A stretch of 63,835 nt of DNA, counting the filler, from Bigelowiella natans CCMP2755 (lineage: Eukaryota > Protista > Cercozoa), in NCBI GenBank assembly GCA_000320545.1. It is 8 parts of 8 records of this genome, joined end to end, with 100 filler letters (N's around TTAATTAATTAA, not from the genome) between each part and the next. Parts side by side here need not be neighbours in the genome. Positions count along the whole stretch, not along the records: positions 50,273 to 58,604 come from ADNK01003545.1; positions 58,705 to 61,482 come from ADNK01000602.1; positions 61,583 to 63,835 come from ADNK01000084.1; 5 more parts are not named here. One strand, written 5' to 3'. Shown one piece after another: positions 51,552-63,290 of the stretch. Within the stretch, counting starts at the first letter, position 1. Each line of letters begins with the position of its first letter. The notes beneath the pieces were generated by a model. That model saw only the letters and a program-made list of their open reading frames with translations, searched no databases and was not told where the DNA came from. Made by a program: the position numbers and the translations under genes.

Positions 51552-51997
51552 TTAAATATCGATGATGGCTGCGGCGGGGGCCACGATGATGGTGACGGCG
51601 ATGGTGACGACTTCTTTTCCAATGGTCATCGTAGGGACGAGACAGGGATGACAAGGGAGAGCGGCGAGCAAAAGAGCCGCGACATCAACAGCCGGCAAAT
51701 GTCGGCGAATATCTCCAGCATCTTCAGCGGTACGTATTTTCGTAGTTCTCGCAGCAGTCGTAAACCATAGTGACCAGGACAAAATACGTACACTCTCTTC
51801 GCCCCCCCCTTCCCCCCCCCATCTCATGGGCGCTTCGTCTTTACTATGTCTTGCTCTGTTCTTTGGCTGATAACAGTGGGAGGAGAGTCGGCCAGAATAG
51901 AAGGTTGACTGGATAATATGAATTCATTCAAAATCCACGAAATACGACAATGAAAGATTCTTGCATATATTGTTCACATCCCCCTCCCCCCTCCCCC

Positions 51998-52039
<42 letters not shown>

Positions 52040-52056
52040 GTGCATGTGTGTGTGTG

Positions 52057-52089
<33 letters not shown>

Positions 52090-52800
52090 ACATTTGCAAA
52101 CACGCCTACTTCAGTGTCGTCTGTCTTATAGATTGAAATGGCAGTGACTAGGAGAAAACATCAAATAACCCTTGGTCCCATCTTTGCGTCTTCAGGTTCC
52201 ATAGATGACGAGCAAAAAGTCTCCCGGGAGAATACAAACGGCACCTCAATATCACAGTCTTCGCCAATTCTGCGGACGAGAGATGTACGTGCTATGTGGA
52301 GAATCGTATATCATTCCTCCTCTTGTATTATCTTACTCGATTGTAACTCATGTGCCGCAGTTTCTCCCCCCCCCCCCGTCCCTCCCCCCCACCCGCTGGC
52401 CCCCCAATTGTTGCACTCCGCGTTTCCCCTTAACCACAAACTGACTGTCCTCGTCAGAACGATGATGATGAGGAGGAGAGTAAGCATCATAGAAGACTCA
52501 AAGGTATCCTGTGATTTCCGTTCGTCGTCGTCATTCTTATTGCTTGCTTGTGTGACGTGCGTGCGTGTACACGCGTGCGCGGAGTCTATCGCCAATCTTT
52601 GTCGAAATTGCCCGCATTGCATTTCCCCCTTTGTTGTTCCCCTCTTCTCTCCTCTCCGGGTTATCAATGATTGCTACCTTGTTGTGGATGTCTTCTTGCA
52701 GGGACCTCAATTTTAAAACTCTGAAGGTCGAAGATGGGGGTAATCCCAAAAAATGTGACACAACCCCCCACCAAGGATGGAGGAAGACGGATTGCATGCA
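48650..52800 (-). CDS. One or more hypothetical multi-exon genes
   Basis: Exon-like segments LAKTVILRCRLYSPGRLFARHLWNLKTQRWDQ, YGLRLLRELRKYVPLKMLEIFADICRLL, GICQVEHGDASVVVA, LAIHGSPDPQFHVPGRHPSLDYGMRRMIIYQR. Interrupted by gaps, with no family recognised. Confidence 0.3.
50173..50272. other. Assembly gap
   Basis: N-run with TTAATTAATTAA. Confidence 0.97.
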
Positions 52801-53720
52801 CTAGCACATCAAATCCAGTACAACTTGTCTGTCTCGGAAATGGTCACACGCGCAGTGCTTTGAGCACACATGCAAACACGATGCATGCAGCATTGCTAGA
52901 TTGCAGCAGGCACTCAACGGTCTAGCTAATAAGCGGTGATGGAAAATGCGAGACGCACACGATTGGTGATGATTGGGCGTGCAGCAAATCCTGTGAGAGC
53001 CACATGACACTGCAGATGCATGCAAGCATGTCCGCTCTGTTGCGCTGTGCATGCTAGCTAGCTAGCATGCTGGCTCTGGTGCCAGTGGTGGCCTGCTAGC
53101 CTGGTCGTCTGCTAGCTAGTGGTCGATTGTGATCGACACGATCCACGCATCGCATCGCATCGCACGTGCGTGCGCGCGCGCATGCTGACAACAGCATGCT
53201 CATCATTGGTTCATTTTGACGTGCATGCGTGCTACAGCGTGTCACGTGCTGCTGCTGGCATGCATCCAGACATCGATCACAGCAGATGGCAAGCTAGCAG
53301 AGCTAGCTAGATGGCGCGCTAGCGCGACACATGCCAGCATGCACAGCTAGACAGCTAGACAGCTAGCGACACAACGCTGTTCTGTAGTAGCTGGCTAGTA
53401 GCGCTGCATGTGTCGCATGTAATGTCGCAATGCTGTGATGTGTTGATTCTAGTGATCGAATGCTTGAACCACCCAAAATTGAGACAAGCAACCCTGACAT
53501 ACATAGAGCATGCTAGCATGTGGCATCCTAGCGTCGCTAGATCGTCCGCCGTCCATCCTAGCATCATCAATTGTGTTTGTCATCATTTTTTTCATGCCAG
53601 AATGCATGCCGCATGAACAGATGAAAATGCACCACGGCTGCCATGCACAGTCCAACAATGAATGCCAAACAATTTGTGCAATCATTTTTCGAGACATGCT
53701 AGCCTAGTAGCATGTAGCAT
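52780..53720. repeat. TpA-depleted, CTAG-rich degenerate repeat tract 4
   Basis: Long TA-poor runs, abundant catg/tgca/gctagc, CpG retained (cgtgcgtgcgcgcgcg). Confidence 0.78.
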
Positions 53721-54304
53721 ATGCGGTGAAATGTCCGGACAGATGCAATGTGGGAAGAAATGTCATTGCACTCAGTAACCTCAGACAAAGTTCCGTCTCT
53801 GACATCGCACGTACCTAAGAGAATTGTGGATTAGTTGTACCTACTACTCCGATCCAGTTTTTTCACACCTAGATGTCGATATGTCTTCACGCGTGCTTGG
53901 TGTCAACACTAAAAGATTCTTTTTTCGGATTGTCATCTCACAGCATGCTGCACTATTAAAGGCAACGTTTCAATGTCAATGATGTTGGCAACTTTCACGA
54001 TTGACCATAAATTAGCTCCAACGAGTTTCACAAAAATAATGGCGGCGTCGAAAGACACCTGGGGGGTGGTTTTGTACAGATCTTCAAGGTTCGGGTGGTG
54101 TGAGTTTTTTCACGAACCCAAGAATTAGAAAAAATGATTCCTGAGGATTTTGACGGTTTATTTTAAACATTGTACACGTCCTCTGGTTCATTGCCGAGAA
54201 CTTGAGAAGGGTCTTGCCCACGAAATATTAGGCTTGCCCGAGAATTATGAGGAATGAGATTTTAAAAAAAATGAAGTTACAGGTTAGAATGGGGCCATTC
54301 TCAA

Positions 54305-55705
54305 CTACGTCTGTAAAGTTGAGAGAATTGCCGTTGAGTTAAAGCTAAAGTTCATTCCAGCTGCTGTTTTTTCAGGATGGTAATGATCGTAATGGGAAGT
54401 GGGAGGGTCGTAGTAAGGAAATGGGTCGGGAAGTGCGGAGTGGGTTGTTTTTGCCTTTGGCGGCATTCGCTGAGGAGTATGCTTTGACTTTCTCTCCTTT
54501 GAACGCGTTTTGTTGGAGGATCGGCGTGATGTCCTAGGAATGTGTTTAATTGAAGCCCTTTCCTCTTCAGTTATATCGTCTGCGGGAACGGACGATTTGA
54601 GGCCAAACTTTGCTTCATTGTATTTGAACATTTCCTCCGCGGACCAGCCTTCTGTATTGTGCCCAAATATGGAGTCATCGAGGGCATCATATGCCTCATC
54701 TTTTGGACGACGATATTCTTTGTGACTGTTTTCTCTGTGATTAGGGCTATTCCTAGCGCTTTTTATGCTCCGGTTGCGACGTCGTACTGATTTACGAGGC
54801 TTGCTCGCAGATTGAGCCCTACTGATCTGGCTGTGATTCTTGCGGCTACCAGTTCTGGTGGGGCGTTCTGGGGTTTGGACCACGGCTTCATGATTGTTAT
54901 TTGACTTTGATCGTGGTACTTGACCTGGAGGACCTTTTTGTGCGGAAGCCTTGTGTTTGTCTTGCTTACTGCCTGGCTTTTTCCTCTCACCTTTGATCCA
55001 AGCTTTGAGACAAGGGAAAAATTCTTTAATAGGCCAGAATTCTTTTGAAGGCTTTGATCCCCGACGGTTAAAAAAAAAATCTTGAATTTTCTTGATAGGG
55101 ATCCATTCAATGGCAGAAATTTCCTTTACGGTTTGCGTTTCAAATTCGCAGTCTTCAGGATAACCTCTCACGATGTATAAACGAATTATTCTGCCAGTTT
55201 TCTCGTCCTGGCCTTCAAGCATGGGGACTCCTTTTGGTCGTACATATTCTGCGATATCGAGGCCGGTTTCTTCCATAACCTCTCGAATTGCGCACTCTTT
55301 AGGCTCCTCATTTCTGTTAATCTTTCCTTTTGGAAAAGCCCAGACATCGGTATTGTATGCCTGAACCATTACTACTTTTGACAGTTTTTGGTTGAGAATT
55401 ATTGCTCCACATGTTGGAACTTTCTTCAGGTACTGTTTGAAGTTGAGCCAGTGGGCCTCAAACTTGGACTTCTCTGGCCGCAAGAAATCGACCACATCAA
55501 ATGCTTTTAGACAAAAATCTCTCAGAGCCATTTTCGGAAGATTTTTATTTTTAGCCCGAACATGATCCTCGTAAAACCAATGTGCTTGCTCCAGCTGGAT
55601 AAATAGTCGCTCACTTTCTTTCTCACTTGACGGAAGGGTGTGAACGAAACGGGCGAGCACATCCTCAAACATTTGCTTCCATTTCTTCTTGCTCTTACTA
55701 CTCAT
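54305..55705 (-). CDS. DCP2: mRNA-decapping enzyme subunit 2 (Box A + Nudix), intronless, 466 aa
   Basis: Box A DVLARFVHTLPSSEKESERLFIQLEQAHWFYED; VPTCGAIILN; Nudix box WAFPKGKINRNEEPKECAIREVMEETG; Box B TVKEISAIEW. Confidence 0.95.
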   Translation of the reverse strand: MSSKSKKKWKQMFEDVLARFVHTLPSSEKESERLFIQLEQAHWFYEDHVRAKNKNLPKMALRDFCLKAFDVVDFLRPEKSKFEAHWLNFKQYLKKVPTCGAIILNQKLSKVVMVQAYNTDVWAFPKGKINRNEEPKECAIREVMEETGLDIAEYVRPKGVPMLEGQDEKTGRIIRLYIVRGYPEDCEFETQTVKEISAIEWIPIKKIQDFFFNRRGSKPSKEFWPIKEFFPCLKAWIKGERKKPGSKQDKHKASAQKGPPGQVPRSKSNNNHEAVVQTPERPTRTGSRKNHSQISRAQSASKPRKSVRRRNRSIKSARNSPNHRENSHKEYRRPKDEAYDALDDSIFGHNTEGWSAEEMFKYNEAKFGLKSSVPADDITEEERASIKHIPRTSRRSSNKTRSKERKSKHTPQRMPPKAKTTHSALPDPFPYYDPPTSHYDHYHPEKTAAGMNFSFNSTAILSTLQT

Positions 55706-56960
55706 GGTGCTATATCTGTATTGTTCTCACCTATTAGAGTAGAAGTAGTATCGGTTAGAAGAAAGGTATGAGAATGATTTTGTCATACAACAAAACGGAA
55801 CATGATTCTTTCCTTGCATTAAATTTGAAAAGACGATTTGGTTTTCTTCATTTCTTTCAAAACATCTTCATCAACCTCAGAAGGAATCGTCTGTGAGAAC
55901 AGGAAGTGTGGCTTCTTTGAGATGAAGATGGCTAATGAAGCTTCGTGGTAAGCCAGTGTTACTTGGCTAACGAAATATGATTAATCAGTCCTAGTGGATG
56001 TAATTCTGTTGAAAGAAAAGTTGTAGAAATCAGGCCCATTCTCGATTAAGGGCAAAATATGCATGTCGTTATGATACAATCATCGATAATGCATGCTGTT
56101 CACCTTAAAACGAATGAGCACTAAGGTTTTAAAAAAATTCTTCGACTTTTCTCCCCCCTTTTTCTGTCCCCAATAACGAAAGAAATCACATGTTTTGATG
56201 TAACGACAGACACCCCTGGGATAATTATTCCATAAAAGCATAGATATTTTGTGCACATTTGCAGAAAAGAGGCTTTCCTTATGACGTTCATCTTCTTTCT
56301 ACCCCATAGCATACCATTTGTAGAATAAAAGCACCATCAAATCTCAAAACGATAAAAAAACCCTGCAAAATTAATTTATTGAAAACATTGAAACTACATG
56401 CAGTAGATCTAGATCTATGGGGATAATTCTGTACTATTTCCGCAAAAACGGGAAGAATAAAGGAAGTCTGGTAATACAACCCCAGCTGGTAGGTTTTGCC
56501 TTAATCTGCCCAACATAGGTCGGGGGTATCCAGAAGATTTTTTCGGGAAGCCCTAATTTCTCAATATTTTCTGGAAGAGATGCTCTTTTCTTCACAATAC
56601 GCAAGTATTTCGTCTTCGTTTTCCCGGAGTTTACGCAAAGGTCCGTGTTCAGCGGTTCAGTGACTGGCCGGAACGCCAGCCATTTTTGCCTTGAACCAGG
56701 CAAACTCGACTAAGCCTCAAATCCTGGCTGACACAACCCTGAAAAAGACTTATGCGCCCAGGAATATGCAAAAAGATGAATCGATCCACGGTAGATCTAA
56801 ATTATCTGGGTTTTTCCGTCGTCTAAGGCGTTAGATCTACGTGGCAGGAGTTGTGCTTGAAAAGGAGATTTCGTACCTGAAAACCGCACTTGCCGAGGAG
56901 AAGGTCTGCGAGCGAGCCTTGAGGAAAATACTGCAAAACGCATGCCATTTTTGGTAATAT

Positions 56961-58535
56961 TTGCACACACTTCGAATAAAAAAAAATCACCCTCTCCGGC
57001 CCCCACTTCCCACATCCTTCTTCCTGCAACAACAGTCTCTGGCACATCGGAACGAGATGTACCAGGCACAGGCCGGTGTCCGATACGTACCCGAGGAAAA
57101 TGTGGAGTTGGCGACAGCGCTATCCTCTCGGTTTCAGGACAACGCGTCTCGGCACGCCGCGCCGCCTCATCTGAGATATCTACCTGGTCCTTCAGCTGCA
57201 TATTCTTCCCGCCCCATCGGCTATGTTCCTGCACATGGTGGCTCTATAGCTCTGAGATACATCGATCCAGATGCTCCTGGTGTCCAAAGTGAGATCACGG
57301 GACCACCTCTAGCCGCTCAGATCGGCGAGCGCATTCAAGACGCGACGCCGCCGTCTCACGGAAATCGTGAAGTGATTTCCCCTTCTTATGCCAATTCCGA
57401 GTTATTTGAACAACATTTCTACGAGAGGAAGATCGAGGACGACCCCTCCACCAGTGGAAATAATGATGAGCTCATCCTGCCGGAGGACGCTTCACCGGAA
57501 GGAAGCGGGGAAATCGTGAAGGACTTTGAGGACAGTGAGGTCGATCCCATATCTGAGCGTTGTCCTTCATAGCATTGCCATTTTTCTAAGGAGTGCATTG
57601 TTGAGATTTATTCACCGCTTCGCAATATTGCGCTTTCTCGTTGAGCCTATGCCATCAGCCGCACGCAATCTTTGACGTTTTCTCTCGCTCCTGGTTGTTC
57701 TCCATATTCCAGGATTTCCAGCGTAATTTGGAGGAAGCTTTCAGGGCGCTGAAGAATGAAGGGGATCTATACGAGGTTGTAGAAGAAGAAGAAGAAGAAG
57801 AAGAAGAAGAAGAAGAAGAAGAAGAAGAAGGGAAAAAAAAAAACAACCCAGAAGATGTAATTTTTCTCTAACACTTGGTACAATTCAAAACAACTGGCGA
57901 TACTGCATCAGCGCCGTGAGCTATGGGGGTCCACTAGGACGAGCCCTGTCTGGCCACATCACCCTCTCGTCCCAATTCACAACCCGGGAAAGCTCAAAAT
58001 ACCGACTCTCCCTCGTTCGAAGCGGTCGTTCAACCGCATGAGGACTCCTCGCGCATGCTTTACGTGCCGGAAGAGGAAGATTAGATGTGTGTTTGACGAG
58101 CCGATGTACAACAAGGTAGTAACGGTGCACTCATATCTTTCCATTCGGTATTATTTTTGGTTCGCTGATGGCATGACTCGATTGCAAATCTGCTTATATG
58201 TCAGGCGTGACCGCATCACTCCGTTTCGCGCCTGTGTGCGTGCGCGCGTGCGTGTGTTTGCGTGTGTTTGCGATTGTGTTTGTATTCATGTTCGTGGGTG
58301 CGCGTAAATACAACGATGAGTTGGCTTTAGAGTATACGAAAAAAAGACCAGATAATCCTCTAATATTACTATTTAAATGGCCACCAGGAGAGGCGGTGCA
58401 AGCGTTGCAAGAAGCATCAAATCCGATGTATCACCGGCCTGTGGTTCAAAGAATTCTACGATGGACACCGACCTCGCTCAGCTATGGCTGATGCAATGAA
58501 CCCGAATCACCATAAACAATGCACAAGAAATCCAA
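56961..58535 (+). CDS. Zn(II)2Cys6 (Gal4-type binuclear cluster) transcription factor, partial
   Basis: Phase-0 splicing of exons ..KDFEDSE|DFQRNLEEAF..LYE|57912-58115|58388-58535 gives RSKRSFNRMRTPRACFTCRKRKIRCVFDEPMYNK|ERRCKRCKKHQIRC = C-x2-C-x6-C-x12-C-x2-C-x6-C. The start is unresolved and the model continues into the gap. Confidence 0.85.
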
Positions 58536-58604
58536 GTATGTGTGTCCTCCCCCCCCCCCCTCCCTCCCCCCTCCCCCTTCCGCTTCTATCTCCTGTTCCT
58601 GCTC

Positions 58605-58704
58605 NNNNNNNNNNNNNNNNNNNNNNNNNNNNNNNNNNNNNNNNNNNNTTAATTAATTAANNNNNNNNNNNNNNNNNNNNNNNNNNNNNNNNNNNNNNNN
58701 NNNN
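58605..58704. other. Assembly gap
   Basis: N-run with TTAATTAATTAA. Confidence 0.97.
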
Positions 58705-59165
58705 GGAGGAGGTGGAGGAGGAGGAGGGGGAGGAGTGGTATACTAGCCCTCTTTGAGAGATACACAATGATCGATGGTTCTCATGTGACGATCGACGCTA
58801 TCGCTTGCAGAGTTTTTCGTGGCTCGGTTGTAGACGATGGCGAGGCTATCATCCAAGGTAGTTGGGGGGGGGGCAAGAGGGAGGGATATACGGGCATTGA
58901 GACATATCATTGTTGTGATTTACTCATATTGCTTATAGACTATTATTGTGGATATAGTACGTGCGCGCACGTCGTGTATATGTGCGTGCGTGAGTGTTTG
59001 CTTTGAATGACATGTGTTTCTCTTCGTCGTCGACGTATGGCGTGACAGTGGACGCACTTGGCTCGAATACAGTGTTTGGTCAGCTCGCAATAGACCTATC
59101 CTCATCGGTAGTCGCACACTACATAATCACCATCATCAATCATCAATCATCAATCATCAATCATC

Positions 59166-59199
<34 letters not shown>

Positions 59200-59527
59200 T
59201 CGCCTCCTCTTTGCATTGTCAAACGCTGCTTTCCTTCCTGCTTCTACCTCCCCATTGCTAACCCCTTTTCACTACCAAAACTGCTTTGTCATTATGATTA
59301 TCATCATCATCATGTATCATGTATTGTTGTGTGCCCCAGGACAAGCGGAAACAGCCCCTGAAGATGAAGCTGGAGTCGTTGGCGCAGACGATTGCCCATC
59401 TTAGTTATGCAGGTGCTGGTGACGACGATGGCGATACTGATGATGATCATGATGATGGTGGTGGTGGCAAAGAAACATTAGATCTTTCACGTGTAAAGAA
59501 CTCACTTCAAATACACCCAAGATCCAG

Positions 59528-59566
<39 letters not shown>

Positions 59567-59754
59567 AGGGTCGATGGCTATTGCAGTCAGCTTCATGTTC
59601 AAGCAGATAGTGGTAGGTGGCATGCACAGTAGTAGTCGTAGTAGTAGTAGTAGTAGCAGTGAGGGGATAATATTCACGCCACGGCCAATTTCCATCACCA
59701 TCTTCTTCTTCCTCCTCTTCGTCATCGTCGCAATCGCCTCTATGCACTAATACA

Positions 59755-59809
<55 letters not shown>

Positions 59810-60339
59810 TAATATATATATATATATCCTCTGATAATATAGATCGACAACCACTTCAACCCGGAGGAGATGATGGAGTACCTCTCCAATGTAAGGGAGG
59901 AATAGTACCATGTTTAGACGGGACTGGACGTGTTTTTGACCACGCAGCCCCCCGCATATCAATTATGTCGGCGCAACACAGCCGTGCTGCTTCTTCTTTT
60001 TCTTTCTGTTCTAATCTATATCTTATTGCAAGATCTATACAATTAGTGAAGCAAAAGAGGAGGAGGGTGGGTAGAGGGAGGGGAGGCGAGGCGAGGCGGG
60101 GCACTGGGAGAGAAGTCCCTCCAACGCCGTTACCATTTGCTATTTCCGTCATCCTCCTCCTCCTCCTCCTCCTCCTCCTCCTCCTCCTCGTCCTCTTTCC
60201 TTCATTTGATTGATTGCAATTCTTCCCTTTGTTGTGTGTTCATTTCCCCTCGGCAGTTTGGAGTCGTCGTTCATGACTGCGTTACTGCGGTGATCCTAGC
60301 GATCATCGTCGTTGTGTGCGCCGTCCCAGAAGGGTGGGT

Positions 60340-60370
<31 letters not shown>

Positions 60371-60945
60371 ACAGTACATCCGAATGGTTTCTTCCTCTCC
60401 AGAAGTACTGGCAGTAGTAATAGTAGTAGTAGTAGTAGTAGTAGTAGTAGGTAGTTTGTAGCAGCAGATCGCACGCCACCAAGGAATAAGCGACGTGCAA
60501 TCTGCTGCTGTCAGTACCATCCCAATCTTCACTGCTATCGTCGTCATGATCACCGTCATCATCGTCGTCGTCATCATCATCACCGTCATCAAACATCGCT
60601 CAGGCTCCCAACGATGATCGCTGTGGTGCTGAGCTTGAACATGTCCCGGTAAGAACTAATAGTGACAGCGCAAAGCATCGAAAGACGTTAATAGGAAAAG
60701 AGGAAACGTTATATTTACCCTCTACTACAACTACTACTACTACTACTACCTGCCACTACTAGAAGGAGAAGCAGAAGTAGTCGTGGTAGCAATGGCTCTG
60801 TACTGGTTGTTGTCTGACATAACACCTTGGAAAAACAACCCTCCGTTGTGGTTTCATCGGTGTGTGCTCCTACTGTCGGTCGCTCTGAGAAGAGAATTCA
60901 TGGAGAATAGTATTGCTGGAACATGTTATACACCATATATCATCA

Positions 60946-60984
<39 letters not shown>

Positions 60985-61859
60985 TCTCGTGCGGTGTTTG
61001 GCTAGGCTCCTGGAGGATCAGGTGCTTGTGAGGCATCTTCTCGGCATTGAAACGGTAGTAATGATAACCCATTCCCCCAATCGCCATTAGTACCATTATC
61101 ACCATTATCACCATCATGATCATCATCATCATCATCATTGTAGAGGCTGGGTTACATACTGCATCACATATCCGCCCTTTCTTTCCCCACACCATCTTCC
61201 TCCCCACCCCCCCCCACCCGTCGCTGGAAGTCTGGAAGTGCTCTTCACGGACAAAACGGTGAGTGCTGCAAACTACGGTGTCGGTAGAACTAGAAGAGAG
61301 GGGGGGGGGTAGCAGAGGAGGAGAGGAAATCTCTCGAGCCGTTAGAGGGGGGGGGGGGGGGGAAGGGGTAATAATTGGACGTTGACTGTGAAAGGAATGA
61401 GGTGACGGTAGTGCTATCAGGAGCGGGGGTGACATACGATCTCTCTCTCTGTCTCTCTCTCTCTCTCGTCTCTCTCTCGTCTNNNNNNNNNNNNNNNNNN
61501 NNNNNNNNNNNNNNNNNNNNNNNNNNTTAATTAATTAANNNNNNNNNNNNNNNNNNNNNNNNNNNNNNNNNNNNNNNNNNNNCTACTTTTGCTATGCTAT
61601 GTCTTCACGAAGGATAGAAATACATCCCGAAGAATAGTTATTGGTCTGTGAGAGTCAAGTCATGCCTGCCACCCTCCCAAACAGCAACTAAGCCTCTATG
61701 CCTCCCCTGAGTAACCATGTTCTCAAAGGCGTTTCCCAGTTATGTTTCTCTTCGCCATAGACCGTTTTTTTGCTCCTCTCGCCACCTCGGGGCACCCGCT
61801 CCTGTTTGGCCATGAAATACGCGCCCGTTGTCCCAATAATTATCCCTCCTTCCTCCTCG

Positions 61860-61890
<31 letters not shown>

Positions 61891-63044
61891 TTATCTCCAT
61901 CTACATGCACATATAAGTGTTTGCGTAATATAGCAAATACATGTATTTGTATATCAATTGTTAATCAATATATAAATATATGATATTTTCCTCTGCAGAT
62001 ACCAAGCGCGGCTGAATGCTGGGGAGAAGAAAGAGCAGCTGGACAAGCAGTTTAAGAAGATTCTCGGGTGGCGCGTGACGTATTTGAACTGCGGGGGCGC
62101 TACCCCGATCCCAGCCGTGCAGAAATGGCTCAAAGAAACGTACCCGCACTGCAAGGTGAGGCCTCCTTATGTGTATTATATCTCTCTTTCTCTCTATCTC
62201 TTCCTCCTTTTCATATATGTATCTTCCTGCATGGAAAGCTGTGCAGCTTTGATTCACTCCGGTGCGGTACCTACTATCTTCTCATCGCCCCCCTCCCCCC
62301 CCCTTCCTGTCTCCGTTTAGATCACGGAGAACTACGCTGCGACTGAGTGCGGGGGAATCACCAACAGCGGCGACGGCGATGTCGGGAAGATAAAGGAGGG
62401 AATCGAAGTGCGTTTGGTTGACTGGGCAGAGTACAAGACGACGGACAAGCCGTACGTGTGATGCGACGATCATCATTTCGCTTATTTCTTGTTTCGTTTT
62501 TTAAAAAAAACGAGTAAGGGAGAGAGACAGGGGAGGGGGGGGAGGGGGGGGGAGGAGGGAGAGAGATTGTGTATAACTATCAAGTTAGAGGCCCTCTGTA
62601 TCTGATGTGTTTGTGCGTCCTGCCCCATCTCCATTTTCCGAAAGGAATGGGGCGGAGGGACCAGTTTGGGGGGGGGGGAGGGGGGGAGGGGGGGTGGATT
62701 CGTGGAGAAATGCATCTTCCAAGTGCCTCCTCGACGTAGAAGTGCTACGAGCAATATCAACTACTGAGCTGCCGATAATCATGAACGATTTATGGGCGAA
62801 ATTCAGTTTTACACACTCATTATTGCGCAGATATCCAAGGGGGGAGATCTGTGTAAAGACTGAGCTTCGAGCCAGCGGATATCTAAATCGACCTGATCTC
62901 ACCGCGCAAGCTTGGGATAAGGTTGGGGGGGGGGGGGGAGTTTTAGCTTGCTTATTGTCACCCTCCTGTGTAGAAAGTGATAAGACGCGCAGATCTCACA
63001 ACAAACACCGCACACACATGTGTGTTCGCATATTCAAATGTGTA

Positions 63045-63081
<37 letters not shown>

Positions 63082-63290
63082 GTATATACCTGCGCCAGGA
63101 TGGTTTTTACCACACCGGCGACATCGGAGAGCTGATCGACTCGAAGCACGTGAGAATCATTGACCGCAAGAAAAACGTATTTAAGCTGCTCAATGGAGAG
63201 TGGGTGTCCCCCGAAAACGTGGAGAACGTGTTTTTGGAACTCAATTCCATCGCTCAGATCTTCATACACGGCACATCACGGCACTCGAAA
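58705..63290 (+). CDS. AMP-binding (adenylate-forming) enzyme, CAR-like or long-chain acyl-CoA synthetase; partial
   Basis: Exons KILGWRVTYLNCGGATP (62000-62156), ITENYAATECG..RLVDWAEYKTTDKP|YPRGEICVKT..GYLNRPDLTAQAWDK|DGFYHTGDIGEL..IIDRKKNVFKLLNGEWVSPENVENVF..QIFIHG. Exons upstream of 62000 are poorly resolved, so the start is tentative. Confidence 0.85.
61483..61582. other. Assembly gap
   Basis: N-run with TTAATTAATTAA. Confidence 0.97.

Noticed and set aside
56700-56950. bHLH/bZIP-like fragments (KPQILADTT, LEKEISYLKTAL) upstream of the Zn-cluster gene
   Set aside because: No basic region found, and the splice phase does not join the zipper-like frame to the next exon.
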